Assembly: GCF_000025505.1 (NCBI RefSeq)
Contig: NC_013849.1
Span: forward strand, 1,830,001 to 1,862,000
DNA from: Ferroglobus placidus DSM 10642
Lineage (GTDB): Archaea; Halobacteriota; Archaeoglobi; Archaeoglobales; Archaeoglobaceae
DNA length: 32,000 bases
Direction: 5' to 3'
Shown here: one piece after another, positions 8,213-14,482 of the stretch
Layout: every line of letters starts with the position of its first letter
Numbering within the stretch: the stretch's first letter is position 1
Program-made: the position numbers and the translations under genes
Notes under the pieces: generated by a model
Databases searched by the model: none
Seen by the model: the letters and a program-made list of their open reading frames with translations, nothing else
What the model was told of the DNA's origin: nothing

Positions 8213-9397
8213 TCAAAAGTCCGTCATAATTCTAAACTGATCGGTATCTGGCTTCATGTAGTTCAAAAATCTTCTCGCTGCTCCCTCAACGTCTTTAGCT
8301 TTCGTTATGGCTCTTCCAACGACTATGATATCCGCTCCGTAGCTTATGACCTCTTCAACGTTTTCCGGTCTTATTCCTCCAGCGACAGCAACGAGAACGT
8401 TGTACTTCTTTTTTATTTCTTTCGCGAGCATCCACGGTGGTTTTTCGCTCTCGGAATCTATCGCTCTATGCAACTCCACGACGTTTGGAAAAACTCCAGC
8501 CTCCTTAATTTTCTCGAGCCTCTTGAGAGGATCTTCGACGTTCAGCATATCCACGACGCTGTAAATTCCCGTTTTATCAGCTTCTTTAATAGCCTTTACG
8601 ATCGTGCTTATCGGAGCCAATCCAGAGATAACAACAGCGTTAGCAGTAGCATCTGCCGCCATCCTCGCTTCGAGGTTTCCCGTGTCGAGAGTCTTCAGGT
8701 CGAGAACGAAAAAAGCGTTCGGCTTGATCTCCCTCAGCTCCAAAATAACCTCGGCTCCGTACCTCTTAGCTAAAGGAGTTCCGACTTCGTAAATTATGTG
8801 GTCGCTTTCGGGAATTTGAGCAAGAACCTTCTTTACTTCACCAAGATCTGGAATGTCTATGGCTATCTGTAAGTAGGGTGGATCCCAGAGCTTCGTCATT
8901 TTTCTTCCCACGAGAGGATGGCTGCTTCTGTCCTTTTCGTACAAAACCGTGTCGACATCCGGAAAGTTCTGCATCGCTCTCTTCAAAGCGAGCTTCGTAG
9001 CGGAATAGTTATAGTAGAATATTTTGTGCTTGTTTTCGGCTTTCGGATGGATGAAAACGCTGACGACAACGAGGTAATCTTCAGCCTTCTCTTTCGGAAT
9101 TATTCCTTCTTCGACCGCATCGGCTATGGCTTTAGCAACCGCCATCTGAGCCGGACCGAATATCAGCTCCGCCTGTTTCATATCTTTTATCGTTACTTTG
9201 GGAATTATAACGGCGGGAGGTTTCGTTATTAAATTAGGTCTTATCACAGCTAAAAGAGGTGTGTGTCCAGCGGAAAGCTGCGAGAGTGCGTTGGCGAAAG
9301 CCTGAGCTACTGGGCTATCTTTCGTTCCTATCATCAGATCGATGTGTGCAACTTCGTTTCCAACGCCAACGAGGGCTTCACCGATCCTCATTTCCAT
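8213..9397 (-). CDS. fae-hps: Bifunctional formaldehyde-activating enzyme / 3-hexulose-6-phosphate synthase (Fae-Hps)
   Basis: The N-terminal ~160 aa are Fae-like (GEALVG.GNEVAHIDL.IG). The C-terminal part is an OMPDC-type TIM barrel, Hps-like (LQIAID..., VLDLKTLDTG, VAGGI). This is the fusion known from Archaeoglobus and methanogens. Confidence 0.9.
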   Translation of the reverse strand: MEMRIGEALVGVGNEVAHIDLMIGTKDSPVAQAFANALSQLSAGHTPLLAVIRPNLITKPPAVIIPKVTIKDMKQAELIFGPAQMAVAKAIADAVEEGIIPKEKAEDYLVVVSVFIHPKAENKHKIFYYNYSATKLALKRAMQNFPDVDTVLYEKDRSSHPLVGRKMTKLWDPPYLQIAIDIPDLGEVKKVLAQIPESDHIIYEVGTPLAKRYGAEVILELREIKPNAFFVLDLKTLDTGNLEARMAADATANAVVISGLAPISTIVKAIKEADKTGIYSVVDMLNVEDPLKRLEKIKEAGVFPNVVELHRAIDSESEKPPWMLAKEIKKKYNVLVAVAGGIRPENVEEVISYGADIIVVGRAITKAKDVEGAARRFLNYMKPDTDQFRIMTDF

Positions 9398-9406
9398 GTT
9401 ATCACC

Positions 9407-10576
9407 TTAAAACTCGAGAACCTCTTCGTAGAACCTTCTGATCATCTTGTGATCAAGCAAGAGCTCTTTTTCTTTAAGTATTTCCCTTTCGAGCTTTTTG
9501 AGGGTTGCGTGTATAGCGTATTCCACACCCCACCCCTCTCCAGAAGCGAAGAACGTTCCTCTTTCGCTCGTCAGCTTCATTCTTACGTGGATTAACGGTA
9601 AAGCCCTGAAAACGTCCTTGTGCCTTTTTATGTAAACGAACATGTAGCTTTCTCCAAGAAATTCTCCAAACTTCCTCATGAAGTTCTCGAGATCCTTGTT
9701 TATCGCTTCTTTGTCGAATTCGTCGAGCGTTATATCTCTTGTGACCAGTTCAACCTTCAGCTGAGAAGGAGCAGCTTCCCTAATCAAGCTTTCGAGTATG
9801 TCCTTTTTCGTCACTATTCCTTCTGGAATGTTGTCCTTGGAAACTATAACAACGCTCGAAACCTTGTGTTCGAGCATCTGCTCCACAATGTCAGCGAGAC
9901 TGTCCATTCTTTCGGCAGTCACGGGAGGGTAGCTCATTATGCTTTCGACCATTATCGAGAGCGTTTTGTCCTTCTCTCCCTTCTCCTCTCCGAGTCTCGC
10001 CCTTCTCCTCGGAGCTACTATTCTGTCGATTATGTCTTTTCCGGTTATAACCCCCACAACCCTGTGGCTGTCGTCTACAACGACAAGCCTGTCGATTCCG
10101 TTCGTCCTCATTAAAGCCAAAGCTTTCGCTGCACTTTCGTGAGCGTTTATCGTAACGACGTTGGGATTCATAACGTCCCTCGCTTTCTTATCCTTTAGCC
10201 TGTCTTTGAGAGCTTCGAGCAAGTCGTTTATGTATATTACTCCGTACTTTCCGTTCTCCTTTACAACGACAAAGGGTGTCGAGTCTTCTATGAACCTCCT
10301 CAGAACTTTTTCGAGAGTAAGCTCGCTTACATTGATTATGCCCGTTTTTATGGCAGCGCTTTTGACTTTTGTTTCGTGGGGATTGACGAGGACGCTCGTT
10401 CTCAGCAAATCTTTCTCCCTCACAACCCCGTAAACTTTTCCGTCCTCCATTACAAGTATCGCTCCAGCCTTATCCTGATCGAGTTTGTCGAGAAGAGGAA
10501 ACACTTTTGAGATCGTATCTTCAGCGTTGACGATTTCGAAGTCGTATCTGATTAACTCCTTCAACCAATCTTCCAC
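9407..10576 (-). CDS. Four-CBS-domain protein with a C-terminal HPF/RaiA-like domain
   Basis: 389 aa. There are four CBS repeats, for example VMNPNVVTIN...GIDRLVVVDD..RVVGVITGKDII. Residues ~275-370 (VELVTRDITL...VHVRMKL...FFASGEGWGVEYAIHATLKKLEREILKEKE) resemble the ribosome hibernation factor core. SD GGAGGTGGTG is upstream. Confidence 0.85.
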   Translation of the reverse strand: MEDWLKELIRYDFEIVNAEDTISKVFPLLDKLDQDKAGAILVMEDGKVYGVVREKDLLRTSVLVNPHETKVKSAAIKTGIINVSELTLEKVLRRFIEDSTPFVVVKENGKYGVIYINDLLEALKDRLKDKKARDVMNPNVVTINAHESAAKALALMRTNGIDRLVVVDDSHRVVGVITGKDIIDRIVAPRRRARLGEEKGEKDKTLSIMVESIMSYPPVTAERMDSLADIVEQMLEHKVSSVVIVSKDNIPEGIVTKKDILESLIREAAPSQLKVELVTRDITLDEFDKEAINKDLENFMRKFGEFLGESYMFVYIKRHKDVFRALPLIHVRMKLTSERGTFFASGEGWGVEYAIHATLKKLEREILKEKELLLDHKMIRRFYEEVLEF

Positions 10577-10627
10577 ATCACCACCTCCCGGATTATCTCT
10601 ACTTTTGCAGCATAAAAAGATATGCTT

Positions 10628-11314
10628 TCATCTGATCGCTTCTCCTACCACCACCATCGTGACTCCTTTAACTTCCTTCATTTTTTCCGGAAGTTCCTTG
10701 AGCTTGCAGAAGATCGTTCTACCCTTTTTCGTCGTCCCATTTTCGATTATGACAGCTGGACAGTCTTCCGGCTTTCCAGCTTTTGTTAGAACTTTTTTTA
10801 CGTTTTCCGCATAGTCTCTCGCCATTAGCACGACGAAAGTCGAGTTTTTTAACAGTACTTCCACCTCTTCCTCCTTTATGTTTCCCGGAATGACTACTAT
10901 GCTCTTACTAACACCACTCCTCGTTAACGGAATTTCGTAGAAAGATGGAATGGTTATCGAGCTTATTCCGGGAACCACCTCGTATTCTATTCCGTTTTCT
11001 CTCAGAACTTTAACTTCCTCGTAACCTCTTCCGTAAACGAACGGATCCCCGCTTTTCAACCTTACCACGATCTTTCCTTCCTTCGCAAGTCTAACCATCA
11101 GCTCGTTGATTTCCTCCTGCCTCCTTTTGCTCCCCTTCCTCTTTCCCACGTTGACGAGCTCTTTTCCCATCTCCCTCAGTTTTTCCAAGATTTCCTCCCC
11201 TATTAACGAGTCGTGCAAAACCACGTCAGCTTCTATCAGAGCTTTAAGTGCTTTTATCGTTAAAAGTTCGAAGTTTCCCGGTCCAGCTCCTACGATGTAC
11301 ACTTTTCCGGACAC
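10628..11314 (-). CDS. cobA: Uroporphyrinogen-III C-methyltransferase (SUMT)
   Basis: 228 aa with a GTG start: VYIVGAGPGNFELLTIKALKALIEADVVLHD..., RLKSGDPFVYGRG.EE, VVPGISS. Confidence 0.9.
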   Translation of the reverse strand: MSGKVYIVGAGPGNFELLTIKALKALIEADVVLHDSLIGEEILEKLREMGKELVNVGKRKGSKRRQEEINELMVRLAKEGKIVVRLKSGDPFVYGRGYEEVKVLRENGIEYEVVPGISSITIPSFYEIPLTRSGVSKSIVVIPGNIKEEEVEVLLKNSTFVVLMARDYAENVKKVLTKAGKPEDCPAVIIENGTTKKGRTIFCKLKELPEKMKEVKGVTMVVVGEAIR

Positions 11315-11336
11315 CGCCGAAAATACTTTTATGAGG

Positions 11337-12242
11337 TTAAATAACTTTTCTTACAGCCCTCGCTATCGCTTTTGAAAGGGTTGGCGGAACAGCTTCACCA
11401 ACCAGCTCGTACTGCGTTTCGATTCCTCCCTTGAAAACGTGATCGTCGGGAAAGCCCATCAGTCTTGCCTGCTCTCTTACCGTAAGCAGCCTATTTTCGA
11501 AGGGATGGATAAACCTCGAATTCCCTAAAACTGTCGGAGCGAGCTTGTAAGGATGAAGCCTTATCCAGTTTCCGAAGGTTTTACCGCTACCTCTAAAGCC
11601 GTACAAAGCTTCACCCCACCTCAGCCTCGAAATCTCCATCTCCTTTCTCTTAGAAAGCTTCTTAGCAAAGTTGTTCGGAGCGTCTTCCGGAACGTTTGAA
11701 ATTGCATCTATAACCTTAACCTTCCTCCCTTTCTCGGGCTCGATTTTTACGTTCGAAACGAAAACCCTCGTTCTCTTGGAAGGAGTGGAATAATCTTCAG
11801 CTTTGAGAACGTTGAAGTGAACTTCGTATCCGGCTTTTTTAAACAATTTTATAAGAGCGTCCTTCAGCTCGAGAATTCCTGGGACGTTTTCCATAATAAA
11901 GAAGTCCGGCTTAGCTTCTCTTAAAATCCTGATGAACTCCAGAGTAAGCATACCTCTCTTATCTTTGAAGAGTCTATCTTCGGGCTTTTCGAACCTTCTC
12001 TCGTTAGCTTTGGTGAAAGCTTCGCAGGGAGGAGAGGCTATGATCATCTCAACCCCGTAATCCTTCAGCATCTTCCCGCTGAAATTCTTAACATCCACTT
12101 GAAAAACATCGGCATCAAAGTTCGCTTTGTAAGTGTTTACCGCGTGCTTGAAACTGTCGACAGCGACGACTACTTCAAACTTTTCCTCAACAAAACCTCT
12201 CGCAAACCCTCCGGCTCCGGCGAATATGTCGGCTATTTTCAT
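11337..12242 (-). CDS. DNA (cytosine-5)-methyltransferase, small solitary type
   Basis: Motif I DIFAGAGGFARGF, motif IV ASPPCEAFT (catalytic Cys), motif VI IMENVPG, motif IX REQARLMGFPD and motif X GEAVPP. There is a short variable region between VIII and IX. Confidence 0.88.
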   Translation of the reverse strand: MKIADIFAGAGGFARGFVEEKFEVVVAVDSFKHAVNTYKANFDADVFQVDVKNFSGKMLKDYGVEMIIASPPCEAFTKANERRFEKPEDRLFKDKRGMLTLEFIRILREAKPDFFIMENVPGILELKDALIKLFKKAGYEVHFNVLKAEDYSTPSKRTRVFVSNVKIEPEKGRKVKVIDAISNVPEDAPNNFAKKLSKRKEMEISRLRWGEALYGFRGSGKTFGNWIRLHPYKLAPTVLGNSRFIHPFENRLLTVREQARLMGFPDDHVFKGGIETQYELVGEAVPPTLSKAIARAVRKVI

Positions 12243-12269
12243 CGACCTATCAGAATAGAGTCGCTATGT

Positions 12270-12284
12270 TAATAAGGTTTTAGT
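12270..12284 (-). promoter_or_regulatory. BRE/TATA core promoter of the methyltransferase gene
   Basis: The reverse strand reads CTAAAACCTTATTAA, 27 nt from ATG 12242. It begins only ~5 nt after the 5S rRNA 3' end. Confidence 0.4.
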
Positions 12285-12288
12285 GAAG

Positions 12289-12411
12289 TGCCGACAGCTT
12301 CCGCGCTTCCCGCGCCCTCTCGGAGCGCAGTACAACGCGGAACGGGATCGGGCTTAACTTCCGGGTTCGGAATGAGACCGGGTGTTTCCCCGATCCCTAT
12401 GGCCGTCGGCG
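12289..12411 (-). rRNA. rrf: 5S ribosomal RNA
   Basis: The reverse strand reads GCCGACGGCCATAGGGATCGGGGAAACACCCGGTCTCATTCCGAACCCGGAAGTTAAGCCCGATCCCGTTCCGCGTTGTACTGCGCTCCGAGAGGGCGCGGGAAGCGCGGAAGCTGTCGGCAC. It has the conserved loop-C CCGAAC...GAAGTTAAGC, and the termini pair (GCCGAC / GTCGGC). The ends are +/- 2 nt. Confidence 0.93.
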
Positions 12412-12434
12412 TTTTGAATTTGAGATAAGTCGTT

Positions 12435-12450
12435 ATTTAAGGGTTTTGGT
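12435..12450 (-). promoter_or_regulatory. BRE/TATA core promoter of the 5S rRNA
   Basis: The reverse strand reads CCAAAACCCTTAAATA. Its TATA edge is 23 nt from the predicted 5S 5' end, the canonical archaeal spacing. Confidence 0.6.
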
Positions 12451-12490
12451 GACAAATTTAAAATTCGAAAGTTCTTGGGAAAGCAAAATT

Positions 12491-12498
12491 TTTTAATT
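12491..12498 (+). promoter_or_regulatory. TATA-like box preceding the small ORF at 12522
   Basis: TTTTAATT is preceded by the purine-rich GAAAGCAAAA. It is 23 nt before ATG 12522, the same spacing as the other leaderless genes here. Confidence 0.35.
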
Positions 12499-12521
12499 TT
12501 TCATGATAATTTTTGAGTTTG

Positions 12522-12739
12522 ATGCAAAATACTATCCCAGCAAAATGGGGTAGGGAATACGTTCCAAGATTGATCTGGAAGGAAGAAAGGAGGAGGCGAA
12601 ACTCCTTGCAAATGCTGGAAGCTACTTCTGGAAAGACATGCCGATGTTGAGAAAACTCTTCGAAGAACTGGCTGAAAGTTTGGAGGATGAGGAGAGGTTT
12701 AAAAAAGTTGCGGAGAAAACTTTCTACTACCTTTTATAA
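12522..12739 (+). pseudogene. Possible frameshifted small gene (frame A 12522..12650, 42 aa; continues in the -1 frame to TAA 12737-12739)
   Basis: Frame A reads MQNTIPAKWGREYVPRLIWKEERRRRNSLQMLEATSGKTCRC*. The overlapping -1 frame is open from 12554 and reads ...KIDLEGRKEEAKLLANAGSYFWKDMPMLRKLFEELAESLEDEERFKKVAEKTFYYLL*. That frame has no ATG/GTG/TTG start before its late ATGs at 12638 and 12644. The frames overlap in the purine tract GGAAGGAAGAAAGGAGGAGG. Confidence 0.3.
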
Positions 12740-12769
12740 AATTTACTCTGAAAATCATCTTAAGGTAAA

Positions 12770-12777
12770 AAATATAT
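12770..12777 (+). promoter_or_regulatory. TATA box for pheT
   Basis: AAATATAT, 23 nt before ATG 12801. Confidence 0.4.
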
Positions 12778-12800
12778 GCTGAAAAACTCAGCGAAAATCA

Positions 12801-14444
12801 ATGCCGGTAGTCACGCTTTACTGGGACGAGCTTGAGGAATTGGTAGGAAAAAGAAGAGAGGAAATTCTGGAAAAACTTCCCATGCTCGGTTGCGATGTTG
12901 AAAGAGTAGAGGAGGATCACGTTGACGTCGAGTTCTTCCCGAATCGCCCGGATCTTTACAGCGTTGAGGGGGTTGCGAGAGCTTTAAAAGGTTTTATGGA
13001 TATCGAATTCGGTTATATTGATTATAAAGTGAGTAAGGGGAACTGGAAGATTTACGTTGACGAGAGCGTTTTGAAAGTTAGACCGAGAATAGTTGGATGC
13101 GTTGTGAGAAACATAAGAATCGACGATAGAGTTTTGAGGTCGATGATCGAAGTTCAGGAAGATCTTCACTGGACGATAGGTAGGAACAGAAGAAAGATGG
13201 CAATAGGAATTCACGATCTCGACAAGATAAGCTTTCCTTTAAAATATACTGCTGTTTCCGAAGATTTCTCCTTCGTTCCCCTCGATTTTGAGGAAGAGAT
13301 GAGCGTTAGAGAAATTTTAGAAAAGCATCCCAAGGGGAGAGAGTACGGGTTCATCTTGGAGAAAGCCGAAGCTTACCCGATGATTATCGACTCAAAAGGA
13401 AACGCGATTTCGTTCCCTCCGATAATTAACGCCGAAATGACGAGGGTGACTGAAAAAACGACGAACCTTTTCATAGACGTTACCGGCTTCGACGAGAACG
13501 TTGACAAGGCTTTGAGAATTCTCGCTGCGATGTTCGCCGATAGGGGTGGGAAACTTGAGAGCGTTGAGATAATATATCCGAATAAGAGGGAAGAAACTCC
13601 GGACATGTCTCCGATGGTTTTGGAGGTAAAAAAGAGTGAAATATACTCTCTCCTCGGATTTAAGCTGAGCGATGAGGAGATAAAGCTCGCTCTTGGGAGA
13701 ATGAGGTACGGATTCGAAATTGGAGGAGAGGTTATCAAGGTATTCGTTCCTCCTTACAGAGCTGACATAATGCACGAGTGGGATATTATAGAGGATATAG
13801 CGATCGGTTACGGATACGACAGAATTCAGCCGACTTATCCTCCAACTCCCGGGATAGGGAGAGAGCACGAGTGGTTCAAGCTGAAGGATTTAGTTAGAGA
13901 AATAATGATCGGTCTCGGCTTCACGGAAGTCATAACTTTCACTCTAACGAACGAGAGAGCGCAATACGAGTTTATGAGGAGAAAAGCCGAACCCTGGAAA
14001 GATTTCGTTCCAGTTATGCATCCTCTAACTGAGGAACACACGATAATCAGAACGGACATACTTCCAAAACTCCTCGAGGTTTTGGCGAACAACAAACACC
14101 ACGCGATGCCTCAGAAGGTATTTGAAGTGGGAGATGTTGTGGTGAATTTGAAAAACAGATTGAGGCTTGCCGCTTGCGTAACCCATGCTAAAGCGAATTT
14201 CTCTGAGATAAGGAGCTACGTCCAAGCTTTGATGAGGGAGCTCGATCTCGAATGGGACGTCAAGGAGAGCGACGACGAAGCTTTCATAAAGGGAAGGAGA
14301 GCAGATATAATCGTTAGGGGAAAGAAAATAGGTGTTTTTGGAGAAATTCATCCAGAGGTTTTAGAGAAATTTGACTTGACCAATCCCGTTGCAGCTTTCG
14401 AAATCGATTTGAGCGAGATATTCGATACCGGCTACGTAATTTAG
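12801..14444 (+). CDS. pheT: Phenylalanine--tRNA ligase beta subunit (archaeal type)
   Basis: 547 aa: MPVVTLYWDELEELVG... (B1 domain), FFPNRPDLYSVEGVARAL, B5 domain, and a C-terminal class-II-like catalytic-fold module (GEIHPEVLEKFDL). Confidence 0.95.
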   Translation: MPVVTLYWDELEELVGKRREEILEKLPMLGCDVERVEEDHVDVEFFPNRPDLYSVEGVARALKGFMDIEFGYIDYKVSKGNWKIYVDESVLKVRPRIVGCVVRNIRIDDRVLRSMIEVQEDLHWTIGRNRRKMAIGIHDLDKISFPLKYTAVSEDFSFVPLDFEEEMSVREILEKHPKGREYGFILEKAEAYPMIIDSKGNAISFPPIINAEMTRVTEKTTNLFIDVTGFDENVDKALRILAAMFADRGGKLESVEIIYPNKREETPDMSPMVLEVKKSEIYSLLGFKLSDEEIKLALGRMRYGFEIGGEVIKVFVPPYRADIMHEWDIIEDIAIGYGYDRIQPTYPPTPGIGREHEWFKLKDLVREIMIGLGFTEVITFTLTNERAQYEFMRRKAEPWKDFVPVMHPLTEEHTIIRTDILPKLLEVLANNKHHAMPQKVFEVGDVVVNLKNRLRLAACVTHAKANFSEIRSYVQALMRELDLEWDVKESDDEAFIKGRRADIIVRGKKIGVFGEIHPEVLEKFDLTNPVAAFEIDLSEIFDTGYVI

Positions 14445-14482
14445 GGCAAAGGTTTTTACGCTCAATTTTTCTGCATTAGTTG

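Noticed and set aside
7925-8773. 282-aa plus-strand ORF
   Set aside because: It is entirely antisense to tpiA and fae-hps, whose products have unmistakable family motifs. The translation is low-complexity (Ser/Leu/Phe/Arg-rich) with no motif. It is a shadow ORF of a GA-rich coding strand.
10580-10627. Hairpin AGCATA-N6-TATGCT after the cobA stop, considered as a terminator or regulatory element
   Set aside because: The stem is only 6 bp and A/T-rich, and it overlaps the T/A tract that more simply serves as the TATA region of the CBS-HPF gene. There is not enough evidence for a separate feature.
10628-12242. A restriction-modification or defence module around the C5 methyltransferase
   Set aside because: The only neighbours are a clear SUMT (cobA) and the 5S rRNA. 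There is no endonuclease-like ORF, ATPase or toxin-like gene, so no system can be claimed.
12289-12411. A GC-rich structured island, initially considered as a tRNA, SRP RNA or other ncRNA
   Set aside because: The sequence carries the 5S-specific CCGAAC...GAAGTTAAGC block. It also has a helix I closing stem and the right length of ~122 nt. It is 5S rRNA, not a tRNA.
12412-12800. Possible C/D-box sRNA in the 5S-pheT spacer, prompted by the nearby nop5/flpA theme
   Set aside because: I found TGATG-like and CTGA strings: TTGATGC at 12519-12525, and CTGA at 12747-12750 and 12779-12782. They are not arranged as C-D'-C'-D with 10-12 nt guides or a terminal stem, and their spacing is wrong.
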